This document shows, piece after piece, positions 1-10,532 of a DNA stretch of 64,000 bases. The stretch covers positions 11,177,309 to 11,241,308 of the forward strand of contig CM082591.2 in assembly GCA_040954595.2 (NCBI GenBank), written 5' to 3'. This DNA comes from Balanoglossus misakiensis. Taxonomy: Eukaryota > Animalia > Hemichordata. How positions within the stretch are numbered: the first letter of the stretch is position 1; the number at the start of each line of letters is the position of its first letter. Under the pieces are notes generated by a model. It did no database searches and was not told the origin of the DNA. It worked only from the letters and a program-made list of their open reading frames with translations. Made by a program: the position numbers and the translations under genes.

Positions 1-71
1 AAATTGTTCTTCTGGTCTAACTTACATGAGTGAATAATAATTTAATGTTTTATATCTTGCATTTATTTCAG

Positions 72-2795
72 GAGTGTGAACATCGACAAAATCAAAAGAA
101 GACTGGTGAAGAGGAAGACAGAAGCAAGGTAATTGAAATGGTCTACAATCAATGCAAAGAAAATGCTGTCAGTTTGGGCCTTGAAATGATTAAAATGGTA
201 TTTCTGAATAAAATGTGTATTTTATTTTTATTTTATTTTCAGGACAAAGAGAAAATAAAAGAGTTGGAGGAAGAAATTGAGAGGCTGAAAAGGGAAATCG
301 GGGGGAGGTTTAGCACAAGGGATAAGAGGGTGGAAGCAATTAGGGAAATTGGTAAATTAGAAAATTTAGAAATTTACAGGCATGCAGATCTCCTCTGCCA
401 AAACCAAGACAGGTATTCCGTTCAAAATTTATCAGACATAGATTTACATAATCTATTGTCAGAACGGAATCCTGTCTTGGTTTCCTTTCTTGAGGAGATC
501 TGTATGCCAAATACTGGAATCCAAAATAACACTCAATATCTTGCCCATGCCGTTGAACTTGTTTATACTGCCAGGAATCCTAACTTTGTGAGTAGTTTTA
601 TTTCCGCAATTCAAGTTATTTTATTTAGTTTGACCAGAAGTCGCCTGGCAGTTGATCTCATGGGCCACGTAACAGCAGGCCCATGCTATGATGTTATTAA
701 CAATATTCTTTTTAAAGGTAATTTTGATTTTCCAGATGCACCTGAGGGGTTAGTTGAATTTTCTTTTGATAATGAACAACGTCTTTCCAAAAATTACATT
801 AACAGAAATGGTAATTCAGTTACTTTGGATATTTTTACTAACATTATTGCTTCTCAGCTGGACCCAGAATCATCACTGCAATATGATTCTGGGTTGAAGC
901 CAAGTCAGTGGCAGAAGGTTTCAGAGACAGATGTTTCCAATACAGAGGACAGCAAGTATGATGAGTTTGATTCAGTTGTCAAAGAGTCCATTGCTTCTTA
1001 TGTTGATAATTTAATTTTATCTTCTGTAGCCACTATCAATGTAGATAATGCACCACAGACTGACTATATTGACACATACTTACAACAAAAACAACATACT
1101 GACAGCATCGAGATTTGCCCTAAGTGTGGTTTCACCCACACTAAGGGCAAATCGAGAATTGCCAAGTGTCGAGGTTGTGGCATTTGGATGGGTAAGTATA
1201 GAAAGGAGCTGAAAAGAGAGAAGACATCAACTTTTATTTCACCGGGCAGAAGACAAATTAAAAAGAAGAAGAAGGGAACCATCTTGCATGAGTGTGTTGG
1301 TGAAGTAAAAGTTGATCACATGGGTAAGCAAACTACCAGAATTGTTAAAAAGCCCCCAAAACAAGCAAATAAAGCAAATATTTCTGTTATGTCCCCTATT
1401 TTTGTAAATCCTAATTGTGTCGAATCAGTGAAAGAAATTCTTAATCACATTGGTAAACTTGCAAAAATCAAACAATATTTTAATCATGTTGAGGGCAATG
1501 GAGATTATTGTACATATAGGGAATGGGTTATAATCAGGTGTGATGGCTTGCCATATGTAATTATCCGTAAAATTTTATCAGAAGATCATGAGGGAATATT
1601 TTCATGGGTTGCTTTAAGGACGGGTCTTTTACATGAAGAAATCAATGCAGTCAAATCATTTGTTTCTATGTATTGGGATGTAATTTACAGGGACTTTGCT
1701 TTATCTCAGGGATTCTCCTCAGGCAGATCTCTAGAATTTGTGAAGAAGTGTTCTGATCATCACATTTCATTTGACCTTCTTTGCAAATTCAGAGATTGTC
1801 TGTGGAGCGAATTGCTACATGAATTTCATGTGAGTAATCCCACTGCTGATGCATCCACCAGTTTGTTTCTTGGCTGGTTGAATGCAGCAGCAGTGACAGA
1901 CTCTCACATGAATTTCATGTACAATATTCTTCTACAACATTTACATGGAATTTTCCTCTTTCGACAGGGCACGCGCTTCAATTCACCCACTTACCTACGG
2001 GCTGGGCGGCGTCTCCTTCGCACCTTGTGGCACGGTCGGAATCACCCCACTTACCAACTGATTGACGTCTATGACGACACCGACCGTGCCCGGTATCCAC
2101 CAATACTTCTCCAAACTCTGGAGAAGTACGAGGCCATTTCAAGATCTGGCAGGCCTGATGCCCATCAAGGTGCGGACGCCGTCCTGGAGGAGTACAACAA
2201 AAACATCAAGGCCTGGGCTCCTCCAGTGCCCGATTCGGGTAAGTGGGTTGTCATCTGTAGCAGGCATGATGCCCTGGCCAGTCTGAGAAAGACAGTCTTC
2301 TCAGTCGTTAGCCTTGTAAACCCCGAGTCGTTGGAACGTAGCCGCCCAGGCTACTCTAACGACTTGACGGGTTTCAGGGGACGACTGAGACAGACATCTT
2401 ATGTCAAGTATCAGGCTGGTCGGTCTCCTATTACCATCTCAGGAGATGCTATGGATAGACACATTGGCAATTATAACATCAATGCCGAAGAAAGAAGACG
2501 TGCCCTGGTAAGTATCATCTGCCAAGGTAAGTATCCAGGCACTGGCAAAAAAAAAATACTATTCGTAACAGAAAACGAGAGAGAAGAAAGTGAAAGAGAA
2601 GAAAATAAAACAAATGCCACACTTCGACACGAATGCAACGACATAATTCACACACTACCGTTGACAGACAGAACATCACTGCATACACAACTACGACGGG
2701 CAACAAACAAAGCCAAGCTCCTGGAATTACTGCACAGTTTGCATGATTTACAAGGGGCTATTACAGAAGTGTTTGAATTTGAAATGCAACAGTAA
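72..2795 (+). CDS. Academ-superfamily (DUF6589-like) DDE transposase; spliced, 5' exons lie outside the window
   Basis: Motifs FSFDNEQ, IRCDGLPY, LRTGLLHEE and GADAVLEEYNK fit the DN / D / GxxH / DxxxE pattern of Academ transposases, with a CPKC-x-CRGC zinc ribbon. The ORF-track start at 30 is intronic: acceptor tttcag|72, exon 72-128, in-frame 114-nt GT-AG intron 129-242, long exon 243-2795. Confidence 0.7.
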   Translation, partial: ECEHRQNQKKTGEEEDRSKVIEMVYNQCKENAVSLGLEMIKMVFLNKMCILFLFYFQDKEKIKELEEEIERLKREIGGRFSTRDKRVEAIREIGKLENLEIYRHADLLCQNQDRYSVQNLSDIDLHNLLSERNPVLVSFLEEICMPNTGIQNNTQYLAHAVELVYTARNPNFVSSFISAIQVILFSLTRSRLAVDLMGHVTAGPCYDVINNILFKGNFDFPDAPEGLVEFSFDNEQRLSKNYINRNGNSVTLDIFTNIIASQLDPESSLQYDSGLKPSQWQKVSETDVSNTEDSKYDEFDSVVKESIASYVDNLILSSVATINVDNAPQTDYIDTYLQQKQHTDSIEICPKCGFTHTKGKSRIAKCRGCGIWMGKYRKELKREKTSTFISPGRRQIKKKKKGTILHECVGEVKVDHMGKQTTRIVKKPPKQANKANISVMSPIFVNPNCVESVKEILNHIGKLAKIKQYFNHVEGNGDYCTYREWVIIRCDGLPYVIIRKILSEDHEGIFSWVALRTGLLHEEINAVKSFVSMYWDVIYRDFALSQGFSSGRSLEFVKKCSDHHISFDLLCKFRDCLWSELLHEFHVSNPTADASTSLFLGWLNAAAVTDSHMNFMYNILLQHLHGIFLFRQGTRFNSPTYLRAGRRLLRTLWHGRNHPTYQLIDVYDDTDRARYPPILLQTLEKYEAISRSGRPDAHQGADAVLEEYNKNIKAWAPPVPDSGKWVVICSRHDALASLRKTVFSVVSLVNPESLERSRPGYSNDLTGFRGRLRQTSYVKYQAGRSPITISGDAMDRHIGNYNINAEERRRALVSIICQGKYPGTGKKKILFVTENEREESEREENKTNATLRHECNDIIHTLPLTDRTSLHTQLRRATNKAKLLELLHSLHDLQGAITEVFEFEMQQ

Positions 2796-3996
2796 AATTA
2801 TCAGTGTATTTCAAATTCAAACACCCATTCCCCTTGTCTATCATATTAACTGTGCACAAAACACAGGAGTCTTGACAAAAACAGACATACACAACACAGT
2901 ACACAATTTAATTACAGTGGCTACAGATTTTATTGATTTATATATTTATAATCTTTTTTTGGTCTTATTTCACAGTTTATCTATTAGTTTACCATGTATC
3001 TCTATTCTTTTTTTTTTTACTTTCCATGATTTAATCTCTTTTTTGTGTGTATCTTTTTTTTCAATTATGTTTAGTCCTCTTGAGGAGCAGATGTTACTGA
3101 AAATCACTGCCACTGTACTTGCTGACCAGCTGAGGAGCTTAATGTTAATATTATTTTTATTATTGATTTTCTATTTTCTAATCAACAGAATTTATATATT
3201 TTTTTAATTATATTTTTATTGTAAATTTATTTGAAGGTTTCTAAATAGGAATGAAACAAATTAATTACTTTTGATATTATAACCCAACATTAAAACATTA
3301 TTTCCAGTCAATCATGTGATAAAAATTCAAATTATGATCATTTCCGAATTTCATTTTTTTAAAAATCATGACACAATTTTTTTTTCCTATTTAGAAACCT
3401 ATTCAACTAACACTTCAGGTGCAATGGTTTACTTTTATTTTATGCTTTAATTACATTTTTATTATCTTTTAGGTTTATTTATTTATTCTTTTACGATTAA
3501 TTTTTATTTGTGGGCAAAATATTGAGTGTCATTTAAATTTTTTTTAATAAACTTGGTTTCATATATTATTTAAATACAGCAATCATTTCTTTCGCCAAAT
3601 TGGATTCCAGTATTATTTTCTTTTATCATTATTTATAAATTATGGGAATTGATTTGTTAATGGTTATGGGGTTGGATTGGGTGGGTTCGGGGTTGATAAA
3701 GTTAAGAGAGATTTTTGTGCATTGTTATAATAATCATGAATTGAATGTAAATTTATATGAATTTTTTAGTTCTTTGTAATAAAAATCTGATAATCTCAAA
3801 TAGTGGTCAGTTGTGAGGAGTCGTTTATTTCAATTTCATGCCATCTTATTTTAGCTTTTTGACATTTGGAAGTTTACAAAATTATGCATTTATACAATTA
3901 AAACAAATTTTCAAAAATACAGTCATTTCAATAAAACAAATTACGAAAGTGGCAACATCATGCAATGTAATTTTAATTTCTTGACAGTAGAAACAT

Positions 3997-4137
3997 CAGT
4001 GCTTCATCTAGGGGGGAGGGGGGATTCACCCCCTTGTTGACATGATAGCACCCCCTAGGAATTTGTCAAGGGGGGACCAATATTCTTGCAATGGGGGACA
4101 TATCCCCCCTGTTGATGCCATCCTAAATGAAACACTG
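3997..4137. mobile_element. Small MITE with CAG..CTG ends (hAT-like)
   Basis: Imperfect TIRs cagtgcttcatctagg / cctaaatgaaacactg. No clear TSD. Confidence 0.5.
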
Positions 4138-4668
4138 AAGTATGAGTTAAGACAATGAACTATACTCGGTGACTGAAGATATAACAGTATAACATCAAGA
4201 ACACCATGTGTACATGACAGATGTCCGGAATATCGTTTGTAAACCTACCACAATATAAAGCTCTTCGACCGTGTAGGGGAATTCAATTTGTAAACAGTAA
4301 ACATCACCGGCGGTTCAAGTTGCAGAATTTTCATTTGATTTCACCGTTTTACTGTCAGGTTATCTGGCCGATTCCCCCGATCCTTCTAGATCAATAAGTA
4401 ATTCATACACAAATACTAATTGTTCCCTACCTTGATAAAAAAGAACGTTTAAAAAATCCCGACTCCATCATGACGAAGTACATGTATCCAAGAGCATAAG
4501 CCAAAGGTCATTTGAGGTTAATTAATGCTGATGACCTCAAACCACAAACGCGAAACCCGTTCGTATGCGATAACAAACTAACAGTTGAAAGAACAACAAA
4601 ATAAATTTAAAAAATAATAAAATAATTACATCAAAACATCAAGTGATTTTTTTTTCAAACGGTATATG

Positions 4669-4707
4669 TCTTTCTGGAGGATGTGTGGCCCTGAAAAGGG
4701 CCGTTTG
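4669..4707 (-). terminator. Histone-type 3' stem-loop plus downstream element (HDE) of the HIRAN gene
   Basis: Minus strand reads CAAAC GGCCCT TTTC AGGGCC ACACA TCCT CCAGAAAGA. Stem-loop at 4687-4702, 53 nt after the stop codon. The HDE resembles sea-urchin CAAGAAAGA. Confidence 0.88.
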
Positions 4708-4755
4708 GTTTGGTTGCGGTGTGTACCGCCAGACGTAGACGGTGTCACCAGTAAT

Positions 4756-5148
4756 TCAGGCGATCACCGTCACATTGAAGCCCTTGCTCTCCACGAACGC
4801 CTTCACTCTTTGTAGGTCGCCTTCTTTCAGGTGAAATCCAACATTACACACCTGAACGACGCCGCATCGCCGAGAATGAAAGAAGGGACTTTCTTTTGGT
4901 TTGAGGAAATATACGGAATTTGGAGATAGAGCCGCATCGATCACTCTTGCGAGCACTTGAGCGGCATCCCTCTTCAAATGTCCGTATATTTCGCGGGCGC
5001 CTTCTTCATTGTCGACGATTGCGACGGCGTTCTGGTCGTATGGGTTGGATTTCTCCCGCAGAAGGCGATACCCAGCACCGACAGTAAGTGCACCTTTATA
5101 GCGGTGCATCCCCACTGCCAGTACTTGGTGTACGATAAGTGAAGGCAT
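4756..5148 (-). CDS. Intronless stand-alone HIRAN-domain protein (about 130 aa)
   Basis: VLAVGMHRY..YRLLREKSNPYDQNAVAI..IYGHLKRDAAQVLA matches the HIRAN signature (LxREPxNPYDxNAI..GYL). First in-frame ATG at 5148, stop at 4756-4758. Confidence 0.8.
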   Translation of the reverse strand: MPSLIVHQVLAVGMHRYKGALTVGAGYRLLREKSNPYDQNAVAIVDNEEGAREIYGHLKRDAAQVLARVIDAALSPNSVYFLKPKESPFFHSRRCGVVQVCNVGFHLKEGDLQRVKAFVESKGFNVTVIA

Positions 5149-5432
5149 TCTCTGTATTGTGACACGATGACTTGGTGATGCATGTGATGTGTTCGCTCGC
5201 CTGCTTTTTCGGTTGTGCGGGGCTTGTAGTGTCGCTGTCGTCAAAACTAGTGTAGGCGCCGAAATCAAAATTTATTATTTCACAAAAGCACTGGTGAAAA
5301 TTTTTCTTATTGACGCGGAAGCAAGTTTGACTCGTACTTTGTTGTTTTTAATTGACGGGATATCCCCAAACAGCGTATTTGACCCCAAAATTTACATTTG
5401 AAAAAAAAAGGTCGTGATTTTCATAACAAAGA

Positions 5433-5466
5433 GCGGGAAAAGACGTATTTCCGGGCACGTCATTGG
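5433..5466 (-). promoter_or_regulatory. Candidate E2F site (TTTCCCGC) and CCAAT box upstream of the HIRAN gene
   Basis: Plus-strand gcgggaaa at 5433-5440 and attgg at 5462-5466. Short motifs that could occur by chance. Confidence 0.3.
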
Positions 5467-6058
5467 TCAGATCGCGTTCTACATATTAATGATATGTTAA
5501 TTTTTATGCTAATAAGCAACTCCTAATATGGGTCATCGATGCGACTGTTTATTGCAACGTTAGTTTGTTTCTAGTGAATTGATTTTTTGTCTATTTTATA
5601 CTTTATCATGTTATGAAGACTCTCGAGAGCCACCAAGACATTAGCTTTGTACGTCAGTAGACAAAACTGTGAATGTGAAGCATTGAATGAAATGATCCGG
5701 AGACTGTCGCATATCCAGTTCGCTTTCAATTAACATAACAATTACTCTATCCAAATGAAATCTGCTTTGAACACAGGTATAGAAGTAAATGTAATTATGC
5801 AAATAAAGCATTGTGTATTTGTATTTTTGTTACGACAGGTGAGACTGAGTCCTGCCGTAGTTCTAGAACCCCCGGAGGTAGTTCTAGAACTACCCGGGAC
5901 TTGGTTTTCAACCTGTGGTTTTGTGTGAGACGGAGGTTCTCTCAGTGAATGACTTGTCTATTGAATAGTGTGACGTCACGATCGTGGTTTAAAAGAGATT
6001 ACAACATCCCTGTTGAGTGTCTTTGTACATTCATGTAATGAATAAGTAGCTGTACTAA

Positions 6059-9000
6059 TAGTGCGGTATGGTATGTCAAGAAAAACAGCTCCCGTAGGAT
6101 TTTTGTGCTAAAATTGATTTTTTTGCTGTTTTGGCTTCTATGGGGACCCAACTACCCGAAAATGATGGGGTGCAATTTTAAGGGCCCCTCCATCATATTT
6201 TTCTGGGGGGGGGGGTACTTCCGTTTCATGGTATGATGTGTATTCCCGTAGGATTTTTGTGCTAAAATTGATTTTCTTTGCTGTTTGGCTTCAATGGGGA
6301 CCCAACTACCTAAAAATCATGGGGTGCAATTTTTAGGGCCCCTCCATCAATTTTTTTTCGGGGGGTCTCTTCTGTGTTGGTCACTCAAGGATATTTCTTC
6401 ACCTATTTACTCTATCATCATGGGAATTTGGGCTACAATTAATTTGTTTTTGTTGTTTTTGCTTTGGAGGGGACCCACCTGGCCAAAAATAATCGGGTGC
6501 AAATTATAGGGCCCCTCCATCATTTTTTATTGGGGGGGGGACACTTTCATTTTGGCCACTCCGAAGTTGTTTGTCGGCCTATTTACTCCCTTCTCATAGA
6601 ATATTTTGCTAAAAATATTATTTTTCTTTGATGTTTTGGTTTCAATGGGGCTCCACCAGAACTAAAATGATGGGGTTCAAATTTTTGGAACCTTCCATCA
6701 TGTCTTTGGGGGGGGGGGTAATCATTTCTGTTTTGGCTACCCTGAAGGTACTTGTTCACCTATTTACTATAAGGTTAGTATTGTCGTGGTATTTCTTGCA
6801 ATTTGGTTTGCTCTTTTGGCTTGAATGCAGACTGACTGCCGAAAAGTGATGGTGTGCTAAATGTTGGACCCCTTTACCACATATTTTTGGGGAGGGGGGG
6901 GGGGTTCTATATTTGTTTTCGCCAACCCGTTGTAACAGTTGTTTTTTAATCTTAGATTTTTTCGTTTATTCTAAATTTAGTATACTAAGGTAATTTAAAA
7001 CCCCTTTTAATGTAATAAAGTACATAAGGAAGTACCACGGAAGGTGCAATAAACAACCCAAGAAGCATAACGATTCTTTTCTGATATCTTGGTATTCTCA
7101 ATCATCATTTTCACAAAAACCAGTTATGTTTGATCTACTCATCGTCAGTGTCGTTATTTTCAAGAACATTTTCCCTTAATTGGTTTTCAGTCTCCACCAT
7201 AGCATTTACAGAGGGGAGTACATGGTAAATCATTCTTTGAGCAACTGCAACGTCCCCTACAACCTGCTTTGCAGCCACATTTGATAAGCTCTAGTACTGC
7301 CTTTGGTGCAGGGAGAGCAAGACATTTTACTGGATAAAACACGCCATTCTCCGATTTCCACCCATTCTTTTCGATTGGTGGAAGTTCAGGACAATTTGTT
7401 GCGTATGATTTATCCCTCATTGTGATGAAGGGGTGGCACCCTTTTCACAGATCACGCAAATCTTGTTTTTATCTGACATATTAATTCTGTAGTTTATTGC
7501 AAAATGTCCAAATAGCTATCGATCTGGAACGTAAAACGCGGCTTACGGTGCTAAGAAAATAGCCAATATGTATTTAGTAATAAAACTGAGAAGTAGTTCA
7601 CAGATTTTCAGTAGTATTGAGCTACAAAATGAGCCAAATTTGATATTGTTAATGTTTACCAAAACAAGTTTTAGAAGTAAGACATAATTCAAGGGCTTTT
7701 TACAGCACTATTACGCTATCGGCATGAAAATTTTGAAAATACTACTTTTAAATAGACAATACTTCAACTGATATGTACTTCACAGGCTTTATTTACGACA
7801 GTATTTAACTTTGAAATGAGTTCAACTGAATATCGTTTTGATACCCCAAGAAAAAAGTGTTGAACTAAAACATACTTGAGAGTTTTTGCACAGACTGATA
7901 TCGGTGAGACTTTTAGTACAATGGTAAATATCTCAGACATTGATTGTGCTACGAAAGAATAAAACACTTTTAACGAAAAAGTTCACATCTACACAGACTT
8001 TCACTAATTGCCCTGGGAAAGAGAAAAAAGAGTAACCCTAATATATTATACTATTTGGTATAGCCTAGTATACTATACTTTTGTAAACCATAGAAAACAT
8101 AAGTGTGGTGATGAGTTGGGTGGCGGTCCAAGGTGAGGGGAGAAGTCCAAACCAGAGAGATATTTGTGGTTGATTTGTTAGTGTCATAATGCAACTAAGT
8201 ATATATTTATAAAACTAAGATAGCGCTGTAGTATATGTGACAACTGATATGTTTACCCCATAAACCGTCTAATATTTGTGATTCCCAAAATGTGGAGAGG
8301 CCCAAAAATTTGACCTCCCTCATTTTTGAGCAGTTAGGTCCCCATAGAAGTTAAAAAAAGGAAATTGGAAGAAATCCTTTACAAATACACATGTCACACT
8401 ATGAAGGTTAGATCAATGAACAAATATCTCCGCGGCTGCTAAAACTAAAGTGACCCCCCCCCACCCTGCAAGAAAATGTGATGGAGGGGTCCAACAAATT
8501 GATTTCCATCATTTTGGGGATGTTTATTCATCATTCAAACCAAAACAGCAAATAAAACAAATAACTATTAGCAAAAACTCCTACGAGAATACACGAAATA
8601 GGTGAACAAATACCGTTAAGATTGTTGAAATGGAAGTACCCCCCCCCCACAAATGTAATAGAGGGGCCCTAAAATTTGCATGTGATCTTTTGCGACCAGG
8701 TGGGTCCCCATTTAAGTCAAAACAGCAAAAAAAATTCTTTAGCAGAATATTCTACGAAAATGGAGTAGATAGGTGAATAAATATCTTCGGGGAGGCCAAA
8801 ACAGGAGTGACCCCCCCCCCCCCGAAAAAATATGTTGGAGGGGCCCTAAAAATTTCACCCCATCATTTTCGGATAGTTGGGTCCCCATTGAAGCCACAAC
8901 AGCAAAAAATTCAATTTTAGCACAAAAATCCTACGGGAATACACATCATACCACAAAACGGAAGTACCCCCCCCCCAGAAAAATATGATGTAGGGGCCCT

Positions 9001-9121
9001 TAAAATTGCACCCCTTCATTTTCGGGTAGTTGGGTCCCCATAGAAGCCAAAACAGCAAAAAAACAATTTTAGCACAAAAATCCTACGGGAGCTGTTTTTC
9101 TTGACATACCATACCGCACTA
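6059..9121 (-). mobile_element. Non-autonomous Academ-like element with long minisatellite-built TIRs
   Basis: Ends tagtgcggtatggtatgtcaagaaaaacagctcccgtagg and its exact reverse complement (TAG..CTA). Arms at about 6059-6900 and 8280-9121 are built of roughly 160-170 bp diverged subrepeats. Internal CXC relic. No clean TSD. Confidence 0.7.
7187..7428 (-). pseudogene. C-terminal CXC (tesmin/TSO1-like) cysteine cluster relic of an Academ-type protein
   Basis: NGW..PAPKAVLELIKCGCKAGCRGRCSCSKNDLPCTPLCKC. 5'-truncated. Confidence 0.7.
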
Positions 9122-9618
9122 GAACAAACAACTTCGGAGTGGCCAAAATGAAAGTGCCCCCCCCCCCCCAATAAAAAATGATGGAGGGGCCCTATAATTT
9201 GCACCCGATTATTTTTGGCCAGGTGGGTCCCCTCCAAAGCAAAAACAACAAAAACAAATTAATTGTAGCCCAAATTCCCATGATGATAGAGTAAAAAGGT
9301 GAAGAAATATCCTCGAGTGACCAACACAGAAGAGACCCCCCGAAAAAAAATTGATGGAGGGGCCCTAAAAATTGCACCCCATGATTTTTAGGTAGTTGGG
9401 TCCCCATTGAAGCCAAACAGCAAAAAAAATCAATTTTAGCACAAAAATCCTACGGGAATACACATCATACCACGAAACGGAAGTACCCCCCCCCCCCAGA
9501 AAAATATGATGGAGGGGCCCTTAAAATTGCATCCCATCATTTTCGGGTAGTTGGGTCCCCATAGAAGCCAAAACAGCAAAAAAATCAATTTTAGCACAAA
9601 AATCCTACGGGAATACAT
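9122..9618 (-). repeat. Extra copy of the same TIR subrepeat array beyond the terminus
   Basis: Near-identical reverse complement of about 6090-6575. Confidence 0.8.
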
Positions 9619-10122
9619 CTTTAAGCTTAGTCAAGGCTGAGAACAGAGGTTGAAATGCCTACATTTGCAATACATGTATTCTAAAAGCGTGTGAGATTTT
9701 GGTGCGTTTCGTCGTGTAGACAATAACAAACATGTTGCAATGGCTGATATTTTAGGCTCGTATCAGAGGCACATACTTTGCTGTACACAGGATCTGCGCG
9801 ATATGCAACTAGATCAATGCTGTATATGTGAATACGTTATCGTTCATTGAAATTTAGCCGTAGAGTTGAAGCATAATTACCTACTCTGCTGAATACAAAA
9901 CATGATAAGCTCGAATTTAAAGGCGGAACGCTCGGTAGGGCCCTACCGAGCAAAAATCAATAAAATGTGGGCGTGGCTAACGCTCTGACGCCACTATATA
10001 TTGTTACAACAATTGACCTCAAATGGGCATCCCGCGCCCGCCAAAAGCAAACACATTTCTATACCCACGCGATCCAGCTAGTTCTTACGTACCCGCGGAA
10101 CGCGTTGTCAGCTGAATCTATC

Positions 10123-10495
10123 ATGTCGACACGAATTATCCAGATAGCGGTCACTGAAGAGCAGGAGAAAGCACTGGCAATTTTCTCTGCCGAGCTTTTG
10201 GTCATCGACCGGCGGGGGCACATAAGTTCACCTGCTGCGACCGCGGGGGTTATTACCGTGCGTGGTATCGGCTACCGGCGAGTTTGATGCGGGGGACACT
10301 GCCGGTCTATCGGATGCAGCAGCCGTCGAAGTAAACACCGTGTCCATGAGCACATCGGCTTCCGGAGATTCAGTCAACTCCTGTGAATTTTGTTTTTGTT
10401 CGCAATGTGTTACCACACATAGGCAGTCTTGGCTAGTCCGTGGTCTCTACCCGAATTTACCCGGTGTTTCTTACGTTGGGCATAAATGGCACTGA
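10123..10495 (+). pseudogene. Frameshifted, probably internally deleted Cys-rich transposon accessory gene (possibly KolX / P2X7-C-terminal-like)
   Basis: MSTRIIQIAVTEEQEKALAIF from ATG 10123, then a shift to the frame encoding CEFCFCSQCVTTHRQSWL and VRGLYPNLPGVSYVGHKWH*. TATATA near 9995. Family call is from recall only. Confidence 0.45.
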
Positions 10496-10532
10496 TGAGG
10501 CTTTCCCCTCTTCACTTTGTACGGTTGGTACA

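Noticed and set aside
30-242. N-terminus of the 921-aa ORF as given in the ORF track
   Set aside because: 30-71 and 129-242 are stop-free intronic sequence with clear splice signals, and the start codon is GTG.
4420-4475. Possible short minus-strand first exon (MMESGFFKRSFLSR|gtag)
   Set aside because: No downstream exons could be linked; insufficient evidence.
7426-7450. gaaggggtggcacccttttcac as a third histone stem-loop
   Set aside because: Stem and loop do not match the GGYYYT-TTTC-ARRRCC geometry and there is no HDE.
6285-9618. Repeated short ORFs and a CRISPR-like periodic appearance
   Set aside because: Diverged minisatellite units in eukaryotic transposon arms, with no unique spacers and no cas genes.
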